Below, piece by piece: positions 49,301 through 59,384 of a stretch of 64,000 nucleotides of DNA (its first letter is position 1; each line of letters opens with the position of its first letter). The translations under genes and the position numbers were made by a program. The DNA lies in IMG/VR virus record IMGVR_UViG_3300021424_000003, positions 32,001 to 96,000 of that record; one strand, given 5' to 3'. The DNA is from a virus. The notes beneath the pieces are model-generated. The model was not told where the DNA came from, made no database searches, and saw nothing but the letters and a program-made list of their open reading frames with translations.

Positions 49301-49355
49301 AGATTTACACACAAAAGTTGTAAATTTAAGTAGTTACACTAATAGGTGTAAATCT
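49301..49355. promoter_or_regulatory. Inverted repeat upstream of capsid gene
   Basis: agatttacac (49301-49310) and gtgtaaatct (49346-49355) in an AT-rich intergenic region. Confidence 0.45.
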
Positions 49356-49439
49356 CTGTTATGTTTATCTAACAGCGCTGGGTGCTTACCTAAGCCGAAG
49401 CAAAAATCCACCCATCTCACTTCACAAGAGGTAAACACA

Positions 49440-50771
49440 ATGTCGCAAGACAAATCAAGAATCGATGAGCTCCAAGCAGCTCTCCGTCAGAAAATGTCAG
49501 ACAACAAGGCAATCGCCGACTCCTTCAGAATCGAAGACGGCGCTGTTGTTGTTTCTGCTGAGCAGAAGTCAGCGTTCGACAAGAACATGGCCGACATCAA
49601 GGAAATCAAGAGCCTAATCTCTGGACTTGAGGACATGTCGCAGGTTACTGCGTGGTCAGCAGAGCCACAAGAGACAGTTTCCGGTGCATTTGCTGCCGCG
49701 CAAAGCGAAATGCAGCAACTCACATCACGCGAAATCAAGACCATCGGTGAGATGTTCCTTGATTCACCAGAGTTCAAGTCACTGAACAATGGTCGTAATG
49801 GCGCAAACATGTCCGCTCCGTGGCAGGCTGGCGTTTCGCTGACCGGCTATAACGTCAAGGATGTCTTCTCGGCACTGCCGACTGGCACCCCTGGTTCATT
49901 CGGCACAATCCAGCGTGACCCGATGGTTACTCCTCCAATGCGCACAAAGCGTGTTCGCGACCTGTTCCCAGTTCGCACCACGACCGCAGCGGTTATCGAG
50001 TACTTCCGTCAGCTCGGCTTCACTACCATTTCGGGGGGCGGCACAAACAATGCTGCCGCAGTCGCTGAAAGAACCGGCGCCGCTTTTGCACTTAAGCCGC
50101 AGTCGTCGTTCCAGTTCGTTGGTGAGCAGGCTCCAGTTCGCACCCTTGCGCACTGGGAGGCAGCACACCGCAACGTTCTGGCTGATGAACCGCAGCTGCG
50201 TTCAATCATCGACAACGAGCTGATGTACGGTCTACGTCTCCTTGAGGACTCGCAAATTCTCAACGGCAGCGGCACCGGCGAGAACCTGACTGGTGTTCTT
50301 CAGACCTCAGGCATCCAGGAGTACGACTGGTCAGACGGTGCGTCAACTCCGGTTGCAGACACGAAAGCTGACGCTCTGCGTCGCGCGGCGACACTGTCGT
50401 TCCTCGCGTACTACGAGCCAACCGGCATCGTTCTTCACCCGAACGACTGGGAAGACATCGAGCTAGCCAAGGATGCCAACGGCCAGTACCTCATCGCGGT
50501 TTCGGTCGCGTTGGGTGGCGAGCCGAAGGTTTGGCGTATGCCAATCGTCGACACTCCGGCCATGACCGAGGGCACGGCTCTCGTCGGCGCCTTCGGCACC
50601 GGCGCTCAGCTGTACGACCGCGAGCAGGCAAGCATCCGAATCTCAGAGCAGCACTCGGACTTCTTCGTCCGTAACGCCATCGTCATCCTCGCGGAGCAAA
50701 GACTGGCACTCGCCGTCAAGCGCCCAGAGGCTTTCGTTAAGGTGACGTTCGACGAGGCACCTGGGGCCTGA
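49440..50771 (+). CDS. HK97-fold major capsid protein with N-terminal delta domain
   Basis: Coiled-coil N-terminus, VRDLFPV, AAAVAE...KPQS, D.PQL.S.I...L, ILNG.G, HPNDW..I...KD.NG.Y, F.RN...I.AE.R. Confidence 0.95.
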   Translation: MSQDKSRIDELQAALRQKMSDNKAIADSFRIEDGAVVVSAEQKSAFDKNMADIKEIKSLISGLEDMSQVTAWSAEPQETVSGAFAAAQSEMQQLTSREIKTIGEMFLDSPEFKSLNNGRNGANMSAPWQAGVSLTGYNVKDVFSALPTGTPGSFGTIQRDPMVTPPMRTKRVRDLFPVRTTTAAVIEYFRQLGFTTISGGGTNNAAAVAERTGAAFALKPQSSFQFVGEQAPVRTLAHWEAAHRNVLADEPQLRSIIDNELMYGLRLLEDSQILNGSGTGENLTGVLQTSGIQEYDWSDGASTPVADTKADALRRAATLSFLAYYEPTGIVLHPNDWEDIELAKDANGQYLIAVSVALGGEPKVWRMPIVDTPAMTEGTALVGAFGTGAQLYDREQASIRISEQHSDFFVRNAIVILAEQRLALAVKRPEAFVKVTFDEAPGA

Positions 50772-50793
50772 GCCTAAATAATTAATAGCGAGA

Positions 50794-50830
50794 GCCCCAC
50801 CGAAGCTGAAAAGCGGAGGTGGGGCCTTTC
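50794..50830 (+). terminator. Intrinsic terminator after capsid gene
   Basis: gccccacc...ggtggggc stem followed by ctttc. Confidence 0.65.
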
Positions 50831-50917
50831 GCATTTATGGGACATTTATACTGATGTTTATGGGATAATGTTTTACCCGTGCACACCACTTAACGGTCAT
50901 AGGCAGGAAGCGCTTCG

Positions 50918-52171
50918 ATGGATGATATAGATAGCGAAATAAAAGAGCTGGAATCCTTGAAGTTGATTACAGTTCGCGTTAAAACGGAAGAGGAAGAACT
51001 CTTTGCAGATTTCCCCATGCCGCAGATATGGGAAGACTATTCTGATGAAGCTCTCTTTGGGGATGAGGATGGACTTGATGCCTATGATTCAAAATCCCTG
51101 AAACAGTGGTTTAAAGAGAAATGGGTAGACATTTCCAGGCCAAAGCCTGGCGGTGGGTTTGAGCCGTGTGGGAGAGATAAGGCCGGCAAGGGTAAATACC
51201 CCAAATGCGTTCCAGCATCACGAGCAGCAAAAATGAAGCCATCCGAGATTGCCTCAGCAGTAAGGCGCAAAAGAAAAGCGGAGTCCACCCAGCAAAGGGA
51301 CGGGAAAAAGCCCATATATGTCTCGACAATGAAAAAAGACGCCAGAGGTGAGGATTTCGGTGAGAAGGCCGCTATTCCAACAAATAGGGCGCTTTACGAG
51401 AGAGTTAAGGCGGAAGCAAAAGCCAAGTTCGATGTTTACCCATCGGCCTATGCAAACGCCTGGCTTGTAAGAGAATATAAAAAGCGTGGTGGTGGGTACA
51501 GAGAAGGCGCAAAAGAAATGGACGCCGACTACGTGGATGAGGTGGAGGAATTAAGCGAAAAACAACTCTCTGACTTCATAGATTGGGTTGACGAAAAGGC
51601 AGCGAAGAGAAATCCTCGCTTAAAAGACCCCAAAGGTGGCCTCACGGCGGCCGGTAGGGCGTACTTTAAGAGGACTCAAGGGGCAAACCTGAAACCGGGG
51701 GTTCGTGGACCGGCAGATACTCCGGAAAAAATGCGCCGTAAGGGTTCTTTTTTGACAAGATTTTTTACCAATCCTTCTGGCCCCATGGTCGACGATAAGG
51801 GCAGAGCCACTCGGCTTGCGCTATCTGCTGCGGCGTGGGGCGAACCTGTTCCCAAGAACGCGGAGGATGCGGCTCGTCTAGCAGCAAAAGGCAGAAGGCT
51901 TCTAGACAGGTATGAGAATACAAAAAAACGTAAAAAAGACGACGCTCCCAATGTGGAACCTCAGTCAATTTCAATGTCCAACGAAGATATGGCTCAAAAA
52001 TTCATAGACGGCCTATCCGACGATGATTTTGAGAAGATATTCCCAGAAGGTAGCGAGTGGGTAATACCGACAGAAGAAAAGTGGCTGTTTGACGTCGCAG
52101 GTGCATTTTTGCGTCGCAGCATAACCAACAGAAGGAAAAGGAAACGCAAAAAGCGGAGAATGTTCCTATGA
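50918..52171 (+). CDS. Multidomain protein of small basic phage domains joined by acidic linkers
   Basis: LKQWFKEKWVD..CGR..YPKCVP; YPSAYANAWLVREYKKRGG; DPKGGLTAAGR..NLKPGV..RKGSF. Confidence 0.65.
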   Translation: MDDIDSEIKELESLKLITVRVKTEEEELFADFPMPQIWEDYSDEALFGDEDGLDAYDSKSLKQWFKEKWVDISRPKPGGGFEPCGRDKAGKGKYPKCVPASRAAKMKPSEIASAVRRKRKAESTQQRDGKKPIYVSTMKKDARGEDFGEKAAIPTNRALYERVKAEAKAKFDVYPSAYANAWLVREYKKRGGGYREGAKEMDADYVDEVEELSEKQLSDFIDWVDEKAAKRNPRLKDPKGGLTAAGRAYFKRTQGANLKPGVRGPADTPEKMRRKGSFLTRFFTNPSGPMVDDKGRATRLALSAAAWGEPVPKNAEDAARLAAKGRRLLDRYENTKKRKKDDAPNVEPQSISMSNEDMAQKFIDGLSDDDFEKIFPEGSEWVIPTEEKWLFDVAGAFLRRSITNRRKRKRKKRRMFL

Positions 52172-52578
52172 GTAGCAGATTTTGGTATGGAGCGACCACG
52201 CTTGGGATTGTTGACGGTGACACAATAGACCTGATGATTGACCTTGGCTTCAATATCCACCACAAAATCAGAGTCCGGCTCTATGGCGTGAATGCCCCAG
52301 AATCAAGGACAAAAGACCTTGCCGAGAAAGAACTAGGTTTGAAAGCGAAAAAGTTCACCGAGGAATGGCTTACTCAGAACAAGTGGATTTATGTCAACAC
52401 AATCCCAGACAAAAATGACAAATACGGAAGAATTCTGGCCAAAATATATACAGACGAAAACATCTACAGACCAGAGGTGAAGTGCCTCAACGAGGACATC
52501 ATTAAGTCGGGATTTGCCCGCGAGTACTACGGTGTTGGCGATAAAACGTGGGCAGAATTCAAGAAGAAAGGGTCGTAG
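52168..52578 (+). CDS. Thermonuclease (SNase-like)
   Basis: IVDGDTID, RVRLYGVNAPE, DKYGRILA. Confidence 0.9.
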   Translation: MSSRFWYGATTLGIVDGDTIDLMIDLGFNIHHKIRVRLYGVNAPESRTKDLAEKELGLKAKKFTEEWLTQNKWIYVNTIPDKNDKYGRILAKIYTDENIYRPEVKCLNEDIIKSGFAREYYGVGDKTWAEFKKKGS

Positions 52579-53336
52579 TGGAAGAGAAAAACATACTCGC
52601 AATGCTCATGTCTGGCATGCCTATTCGCATTGTTTCAGACAGCAAACCGGAACATCATTCGCTTGCCCCTGAAGAGAGAGAGCTTGCAGATTCGCTAGTG
52701 CGAATAGCCGAAAAATTCGGGAAATTCAACGAAGACGGCAAGGGAATCTGGGCTGGATACAAGCCCGCATCGAGCAACACCAAAGCCTCAATCGGGGTCA
52801 AATGCTCAAACTGTGTTCTTTATTTGGGCGGCGGCCAGTGCAGGATAATACAAAATACCGTTGAGCCGGAAGGAAAGTGCCGTTTTGCTGTAATTCCAGA
52901 CGGAGTTGTTGAGGGTTATAAATCAGCGGAGGACGGCATCGAGTATAAAGTGGGCGACAAGTGCCCCACCGCCACACGCGACATAGCCGTAAACCTCAAG
53001 AATAGAGGTAAGGCAATCAAGACAGCAATGTATGGGCCCCTGAATCCATCAGAAGAAAATAACGAATACTGGGCGAAGATTGGCTCAGAATGGGATGTCA
53101 CTGCTGATGAGGCAAGAAAGCAGAGATGCGGAAATTGCGCCGTCTTTATAGTCACACCAGAAATGAAGGACTGTATCAAAACAGGCCTAACCGAAGAGAA
53201 CAAAATGGACGATTGGGATTCAATTGACGCGGCGGGTGAACTTGGGTACTGCGAGGCTTTTGATTTTAAATGCGCATCCAAGAGGACATGTAGGGCCTGG
53301 GTCACGGGCGGACCAGTAACTCGGACTAAGAAGTAA
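52578..53336 (+). CDS. Protein with two Cys-rich (CxNC) metal-binding domains
   Basis: CSNCVLY...C.I...G.C and CGNCAVF...GYCEAFDFKC...TC..W; GTG start overlapping the upstream TAG. Confidence 0.65.
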   Translation: MEEKNILAMLMSGMPIRIVSDSKPEHHSLAPEERELADSLVRIAEKFGKFNEDGKGIWAGYKPASSNTKASIGVKCSNCVLYLGGGQCRIIQNTVEPEGKCRFAVIPDGVVEGYKSAEDGIEYKVGDKCPTATRDIAVNLKNRGKAIKTAMYGPLNPSEENNEYWAKIGSEWDVTADEARKQRCGNCAVFIVTPEMKDCIKTGLTEENKMDDWDSIDAAGELGYCEAFDFKCASKRTCRAWVTGGPVTRTKK

Positions 53337-53338
53337 AC

Positions 53339-55264
53339 CTACTTAATTGGGCATGCCCCTGTAGCACAGTTCTCTGCATCGATATCTTCGCCGACTTTAG
53401 AAACGTAAAGCGGTACGGAGAAGTCGACTTTAGCAAGCATCTTTTCGTATGAATCTTTTGTTATTTCCTCATATGGAGCAAGAGCAAAATTGTGCTCTGA
53501 ATGGAGAAGGAAAGAAACAGATTTAACGGAAGAGTCGTAGTTCTTCTCAAGCCATTCTTTTATGTCCGTTAGCTCCTCTTTTCGGTAGTAAACAGTCACA
53601 GAAACGGCGTTATCTGCCCACACGGTCTGCATCATCTTAACCCACTCAAGTTGTTCAATTGCTGTCATTTCTGCTGCGAGCACCGCGTTCGCTGGAGACT
53701 CACACGGGAATTCGACGACGTACCTTGTGTGGTCTTCGCGGCCGTCAATACCAATATCCCACTGAACCCTGTATCCACGCTTGCGGCAAGCCTCAACCAG
53801 GGGGTCAGCCGAACCAAATCGAACTCTTCTTATGTAATACCTAGCGTAGGCTGGGTGCACCCCTGGAGTTATGCCCGGCAAGAGCGAAAGAGTTCCGGAC
53901 GGCTGAACAGTAGTAAGCCTTACAGACTTGGGGAAATTATTTTCTTTTGAGTAATTCTCATCAAATTCGCGAAGGTTTCTATAAACGGAATCTAGCCATG
54001 AAGTCTGTTCTTCTGATGCCTGAAGAATGCCAGTTACTGACTGCCCCAGTCGTGCGTTCTGCTTAACAATATTGGTTGTCTTCTCATACGGGTAGTTCAT
54101 TCGTGTTATCTGCTTCTGGACCTTATACAGCAGAATGCTTATTTCCTGAAACTGCTCAATCGAATCTATATTCGGCAAGAAAATTGTTGCAAGGTTGCAA
54201 GATTCACCATCGGCAAGACCTATTTCTGCGCAAGGGTTGAACCCGTCTACTGTGTTGTCTTGCCTCTTTTCACCTAGACGTCCATATGTACGCGCAAGGC
54301 GACGATTTAGCAGACCGTATGGTTCCCCCGAGCCATCATACCCCTTCCATAGTTCAGGCATTATTTCATCAAAATGGTCTGCATAAATACTGTTATTGGA
54401 ATTAGCCCTCCATGCGGGGACGTTCCCTGATGACCAATTCTTTGCACGAAGGAAAAGAACGTCATCGGGGTCACCCATCGCTATTTGCGCTGACCGCCTT
54501 GACGAGCCGGAAACAACAATGCGACCAATAATGTTGCAAATATCCAAAACATCAACAGACCTCAATTTCTTGCCAATACGATTATCTAGAACTTTACAGA
54601 TGTCAGTAATTCCTTCAATCAACGCACCAGGACCGGAAGCTGTGCCCCCGAATGTTTTTAGCGGAGCACCAAACTCTCTAATTAATAGCGTGGAATACGT
54701 GAAAGACCGTCCAGTATCAAAGTAAGACTTTAAAACACTATGTAGGAGTCGGCGCCACCCGGTTCGACTATCTGGAACAATAATATCTGCATCATTCGTG
54801 CGCTCATGCGCAATCACAACGCCAGCCTTGACTTTAGGGAGCTCGTGAATTTTCGAGCGCTCTACCGAAAACCCAACCCCGCCACCGAGCATGAGATAAT
54901 CGAAAAGCATTTCGAAGTCCTCAATTTTTTCTATGTTTGTGAAGTAGCAGTTATTCAGCGATGTTGCATTGAATTTGTTAACGAGAGGCGTACCAAGCTG
55001 CCATAGCGAACGGCCGGAAAATGAGCACCGGAGATTAAAGCAATGGTCAAACAGCTTCTCTGCTTCTTTCTCTGATAATGGGACTCCAATTTCAAGAGCG
55101 CCATTTATCACACGCTCAAGCGTTTCAGTCCATGTTTCATTATTTCCATTATCGTTCCGTCTGCTATATGTGCGAAGAAAAACTATTTCCCCCAAGCCGT
55201 TAAAGCCCCACGGGGGTGTTTTTAGGGAATATGAATCTACAAAATCTCTTCCTAGCTGCATCAT
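53339..55264 (-). CDS. nrdJ: Class II (B12-dependent) ribonucleotide reductase, monomeric RTPR type
   Basis: RTYSR, NCYF, LM.GGGVG, RRSAQI, NPCAE, ESCNL, TTVQPSGT, C-terminal CATGACP. Confidence 0.92.
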   Translation of the reverse strand: MMQLGRDFVDSYSLKTPPWGFNGLGEIVFLRTYSRRNDNGNNETWTETLERVINGALEIGVPLSEKEAEKLFDHCFNLRCSFSGRSLWQLGTPLVNKFNATSLNNCYFTNIEKIEDFEMLFDYLMLGGGVGFSVERSKIHELPKVKAGVVIAHERTNDADIIVPDSRTGWRRLLHSVLKSYFDTGRSFTYSTLLIREFGAPLKTFGGTASGPGALIEGITDICKVLDNRIGKKLRSVDVLDICNIIGRIVVSGSSRRSAQIAMGDPDDVLFLRAKNWSSGNVPAWRANSNNSIYADHFDEIMPELWKGYDGSGEPYGLLNRRLARTYGRLGEKRQDNTVDGFNPCAEIGLADGESCNLATIFLPNIDSIEQFQEISILLYKVQKQITRMNYPYEKTTNIVKQNARLGQSVTGILQASEEQTSWLDSVYRNLREFDENYSKENNFPKSVRLTTVQPSGTLSLLPGITPGVHPAYARYYIRRVRFGSADPLVEACRKRGYRVQWDIGIDGREDHTRYVVEFPCESPANAVLAAEMTAIEQLEWVKMMQTVWADNAVSVTVYYRKEELTDIKEWLEKNYDSSVKSVSFLLHSEHNFALAPYEEITKDSYEKMLAKVDFSVPLYVSKVGEDIDAENCATGACPIK

Positions 55265-55365
55265 TTCTTCCTTTGGAGACCGTGGGTGGCTTTAGAGATA
55301 CGATTGTATCTCATTGGAAAATACTGAAACCGTCCAGTGTCCCCGGAAGTTTGACCGTTCAGTTT

Positions 55366-55704
55366 TTATAGAGATTTTGGATTCTTGACTATTCCAAGAC
55401 GAAGTGCTTCAGAAAAGGGAACATACTTTCCCTTGCTGTGGATAAGAACATCTGCCTTAACGTATGGATTTATATGTCGCTCTTCATAAATGTCCTCTTC
55501 TACGAGAATCATCTGCGACTCCATTAATGTTTCGCTTATTCCTAGACCAAATATAATTTTCGGTGCAGACTCTTCTGAGCCGGGACAGTCCCCTGTTGGG
55601 TGTCCGCAAATCGGACATGGCCCTCTATCTCCGCTCAGGATTGTTGTGTCGGGGAATACCCTCCTGTTCCCCCCATCATTCGGCGTGTTATAAAAGGAAT
55701 TCAT
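55366..55704 (-). CDS. Hypothetical protein with CPICGH..GDC motif
   Basis: 112-aa ORF; TATAAT 6 nt upstream of ATG. Confidence 0.6.
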   Translation of the reverse strand: MNSFYNTPNDGGNRRVFPDTTILSGDRGPCPICGHPTGDCPGSEESAPKIIFGLGISETLMESQMILVEEDIYEERHINPYVKADVLIHSKGKYVPFSEALRLGIVKNPKSL

Positions 55705-55721
55705 TGGATAATTATACAGTA

Positions 55722-56357
55722 TTACATTTCCTGTACGAAAAATCCGTTCCTGACCATCGCCATCATCAACTCGTCGAAGGCCTCGGGTGGTAACTCTTCA
55801 GAATTTATATCCTGAGAAATGGCCATGCCAAGCATCTTGGGATATGTGTATTCTCTCATAACTTTTTCCCCGCCGCCAGGGTGAATAAGCATGTCGAGCC
55901 ATGTAATTTTCCTTCCCTCGCCATAGACGTACGGAACTGCAACAACATCGACACGAGGCTCGCCATCTATGAGAGATGCGTGAGATATTGTCACACACTC
56001 ATGAACTCCAGAAATACTGTCATCTGCAAATATTTTAGCTAGGTCTAATTCATGAGTTTTTTCTTTATCGAATGAGCAAAACCCCTCCGCGACCATTGTT
56101 ATGTCCGTTGCGCCCCAGAATTTACGGAGCGCCACGCACAGGGAGCCGCATTGAGCCAGTCTGTCAGCCGGGGGCATTCTCATGTATTCCCTCTGAAGTT
56201 GAGCCACGATAGACAGACGACCGTCCGCCCAGCCAAAAAAATTGAAATTTAGGTCTTCGCCGAGCCCGTATTCCGTTACGGACAGGGCTTTTGCTAGTTG
56301 GGCAGACGTTACGGACAGCGCTATTTTACTAAAAATGTTGTCATAATTTCCGTCCAT
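55722..56357 (-). CDS. Hypothetical protein
   Basis: 211-aa ORF; TAGAAT 7 nt upstream of ATG. Confidence 0.65.
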   Translation of the reverse strand: MDGNYDNIFSKIALSVTSAQLAKALSVTEYGLGEDLNFNFFGWADGRLSIVAQLQREYMRMPPADRLAQCGSLCVALRKFWGATDITMVAEGFCSFDKEKTHELDLAKIFADDSISGVHECVTISHASLIDGEPRVDVVAVPYVYGEGRKITWLDMLIHPGGGEKVMREYTYPKMLGMAISQDINSEELPPEAFDELMMAMVRNGFFVQEM

Positions 56358-56434
56358 TTAAAAAATTCTAGTATATTTTTCCTACATTTCAGGACATCCC
56401 CTGGGGCCGCGCTTCTACTACTAATATTGGCGAT

Positions 56435-56836
56435 ATGAGCAACACTAAGAAAAAAACAGTCAAAAAGACAACGGCCAAAAAAGCACCCGCGAAAAAGCAG
56501 GTAGCCAAAAAAGCCGCAGCACCCAAAGCCCCCGTGAAAAAGCAGGCGGCCAAGAAGGCTGCACCAGCTAAGAAGGCTGCACCGGCTAAGAAAAATAAAA
56601 ACCTTATTGATTCAATCGAAAACAAAATTGAGGCAGCTACGGGCATTGAAATTCCTCAGTCCGTAATTAAAGAAGTTAAAGAAATGCACAACGCTTTGAG
56701 CGAGATGGATATGCCAAAGTTTTCGACAACAAAAACCAGCAACGGCGATGTAAATGTAAGTGTGTCATTTTCTACTCCCCCATCGCTAAAAAAGCTCTCC
56801 TGGTTTAAAAGAATATTTGGTCCTAAAAAAAAGTAA
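56435..56836 (+). CDS. Histone-like protein with AKKAAP repeats
   Basis: KKTTAKKAPAKKQVAKKAAAPKAPVKKQAAKKAAPAKKAAPAKK. Confidence 0.7.
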   Translation: MSNTKKKTVKKTTAKKAPAKKQVAKKAAAPKAPVKKQAAKKAAPAKKAAPAKKNKNLIDSIENKIEAATGIEIPQSVIKEVKEMHNALSEMDMPKFSTTKTSNGDVNVSVSFSTPPSLKKLSWFKRIFGPKKK

Positions 56837-56845
56837 ACTTCGCCC

Positions 56846-57250
56846 GTGACGACGGAGCACAGGAAAGCCCCAAGGCGGAAAATAGTATCCGTTAAAAGAA
56901 CGGGCCGATGGGGTCAATATCAGCACGAGCACAGGCTTAGCTGCGGTCACGTTGAATTACGCCCAAGAAAAGCGTCTACCCCCACCCTCGCGTGCGCATG
57001 GTGCTATAGGGCGGCAAGGATGCAAATTGAACTTTCGTCGCTGGGAAAAAATGAACAGCAGCAACTTGACGAGGGCGATGACCCGACTGTAGAGTCGCGC
57101 ATCAGTCAGATACGGGCATCAATAGCTGCGAGATTTTCTGTTCCGCTGGAAGCAGTGGACATAGTTTCGAGCATTGCGACTGGGGAAGTTGTTGTGAGTT
57201 ATGCAACTGTTTTTCTTTCGCAAAACGACATACGCCGCATATCTGAGTAA
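56846..57250 (+). CDS. Hypothetical Zn-finger protein
   Basis: LSCGH...CAWC; GTG start 6 nt after TAAACT. Confidence 0.6.
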   Translation: MTTEHRKAPRRKIVSVKRTGRWGQYQHEHRLSCGHVELRPRKASTPTLACAWCYRAARMQIELSSLGKNEQQQLDEGDDPTVESRISQIRASIAARFSVPLEAVDIVSSIATGEVVVSYATVFLSQNDIRRISE

Positions 57251-57275
57251 AGCATCTACGGCATGGGTGGGAAAT

Positions 57276-57641
57276 TTGGGAGACAAATTCGATGAAGCAC
57301 CAGAAAATGGGAGATGCAGCGGGGAAGACCCAAACATATGGTTCCCTGTATTCAGCAGGTCGCCAAGCAAGCGGGAACGCACGGCGGTAAACAAAAGAAT
57401 AGCGATAGCAAAATCGTTCTGTTCAACCTGCGAGCACTCAGTCCAGTGTCTCGAATACTCCTTGCGTCACGAACCCCTAGGCATATGGGGGGGAATGACG
57501 GAGCTGGAGAGGGCCAAGTTGAGGTCAGCGCGCGGAATCAATCTCTCCCGTGAGGGTAGGATATTTTTTCCTGGTGTCGGCATGAGGAATGCCAACGGCA
57601 CAAGTGCTAGCTACAGGGCAAAGATAGATATCGATGGCTAG
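57276..57641 (+). CDS. whiB: WhiB-family transcription factor
   Basis: C...DP.IWFP...AK..C..C.....CLEYSL..E..GIWGGMT..ER; start uncertain (TTG 57276 chosen). Confidence 0.92.
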   Translation: MGDKFDEAPENGRCSGEDPNIWFPVFSRSPSKRERTAVNKRIAIAKSFCSTCEHSVQCLEYSLRHEPLGIWGGMTELERAKLRSARGINLSREGRIFFPGVGMRNANGTSASYRAKIDIDG

Positions 57642-59376
57642 CGCTCAATATAAACACACGCAAACGCTCCTCAGCAGACTCGTCGGTGTCAGGTCGACCC
57701 CTGCGGGGTGGGAGGCCTCATGCCCCTGCAGGGACGATGACAGGAATCCTTCCCTATCCGTGGCGGAGGGTGACGATGGGAAGGTATTGCTCCACTGTCA
57801 CAGGGGGAACGGGTGCGATGTGGACAAAATATGCTCATCGATTGGCCTGACCACATCTGACCTATGGCCACCGAAAGAACCAGAGCCGATTAAAGAAAAA
57901 GACAAGCTTACTTTTGTCAAGTCTTACGACTATCTAGGCGAAGACGGAAACTTACTGTTTCAAAAAGTTAGATATGTAAATCAATATGGGGTAAAAACAT
58001 TTAGGCAACGAAAGCCGTCAGGAAGAGGAGAGTGGACCTATTCCTTGGGCGACACTCCAAAGGTTCTATATAACCTTCCGACGGTATTAAAAGCCGTTAA
58101 GGGCGGCGACCCAATCTGGATTGTCGAGGGCGAAAAGGATGCAGACACCCTCACCGAGATGGGTGCGACAGCAACAACTGCCCCAGGTGGCGCCGGCAAG
58201 TGGCTAGACATACATACAGCAGCTCTTGCTGGTGCAACGATTGACATAATTGCAGACAACGACACACCAGGGAAAGAGCATGCCGCACTCGTCTGCTCGG
58301 AGTTAGAAAAAGTCGGGTGCGACGTTCAGGTATGGATATGCCCAGACGTAAAAGACATTACAGAGCATCTTAATTCTGGTAAGGGCATAGATGACTTGGT
58401 TTTTTTTGATGTATCTACGGTGGAAAAAACAAATACATCAACTGGGCTGGACCAGGGCGAAGGAGCCAGCGATGGTGAGGTCGTATTATCGAAAATATCT
58501 ACTCTTCTAAACAGGGACGACCTAACTATCGAACAGAAGATAGTCAAGGTGTCGAATGCTATTCATTCCTATTCCTCCACAGAATTAACGCTGGACGCTG
58601 GCCGCCTTGTTAATTGGGAGGAATTCCTAAAAGAGTCATCCAGTGATAATTATGACTGGGTAATACCGTGGCTTCTTGAAAAGTCGGAGCGAGTTATCGT
58701 TGTCGCAGCAGAGGGCGTTGGCAAAACAATGCTTGCGAGACAGGTCGCCATACTCACCGCGACTGGAATGCACCCTTTTACGTATCAAAGAATTAGTCCT
58801 GTCCGGACTCTTACCGTGGACCTGGAAAACCCAGAAAAAATTATCAGACGAACCTCTCGGTCTATTCAGGCCCAAGCCCTCAGCTATGGATTCGAGAGAA
58901 AATCTCTGGCCGAGCTCTTTATTAAGCCATCTGGCATTGACCTGTTGAGAGTAAGCGACAGAATGCTTCTTGAGGAGCAGATAGAGAAAACTCAGCCGCA
59001 GATACTCGTAATGGGACCTCTTTATAAGTCATTTGTCGACCCTGGTGGAAGAACGTCGGAGGCGATAGCAGTTGAGGTGGCCAAGTATCTTGACTACATC
59101 AGAACCGTCTATGGGTGCGCATTGTGGCTGGAGCACCATGCCCCCCTCGGCCAGACTACGTCTACAAGAGACCTTAGGCCATTCGGCTCGGCAGTATGGT
59201 CTCGGTGGCCGGAATTTGGAATATCACTCCAGCCAGATTTCGGTGCTTCAACGCCATACACATATGATGTTCGACATTTCCGTGGTGCCAGAGATGAGCG
59301 CCCATGGCCTACTAAAATAAAGAGGGGTAAACGATTCCCGTTTGAGGTCATCGAATTCTCCGGAAGCTCCACATAG
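57634..59376 (+). CDS. Primase-helicase (Zn-binding + TOPRIM + RecA-type helicase)
   Basis: CPC.DD..PSLSV...HCH..C; IVEGEKDAD, IADND..G; AAEGVGKT, DLEN, LEHH. Confidence 0.9.
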   Translation: MASAQYKHTQTLLSRLVGVRSTPAGWEASCPCRDDDRNPSLSVAEGDDGKVLLHCHRGNGCDVDKICSSIGLTTSDLWPPKEPEPIKEKDKLTFVKSYDYLGEDGNLLFQKVRYVNQYGVKTFRQRKPSGRGEWTYSLGDTPKVLYNLPTVLKAVKGGDPIWIVEGEKDADTLTEMGATATTAPGGAGKWLDIHTAALAGATIDIIADNDTPGKEHAALVCSELEKVGCDVQVWICPDVKDITEHLNSGKGIDDLVFFDVSTVEKTNTSTGLDQGEGASDGEVVLSKISTLLNRDDLTIEQKIVKVSNAIHSYSSTELTLDAGRLVNWEEFLKESSSDNYDWVIPWLLEKSERVIVVAAEGVGKTMLARQVAILTATGMHPFTYQRISPVRTLTVDLENPEKIIRRTSRSIQAQALSYGFERKSLAELFIKPSGIDLLRVSDRMLLEEQIEKTQPQILVMGPLYKSFVDPGGRTSEAIAVEVAKYLDYIRTVYGCALWLEHHAPLGQTTSTRDLRPFGSAVWSRWPEFGISLQPDFGASTPYTYDVRHFRGARDERPWPTKIKRGKRFPFEVIEFSGSST

Positions 59377-59384
59377 TAGGAATA

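Noticed and set aside
17398-59376. Inteins or introns in TerL, RNR, primase-helicase or the giant ORFs
   Set aside because: TerL, RNR and primase-helicase lengths are normal, and I saw no C...HN-[CST] splice junctions or LAGLIDADG motifs.
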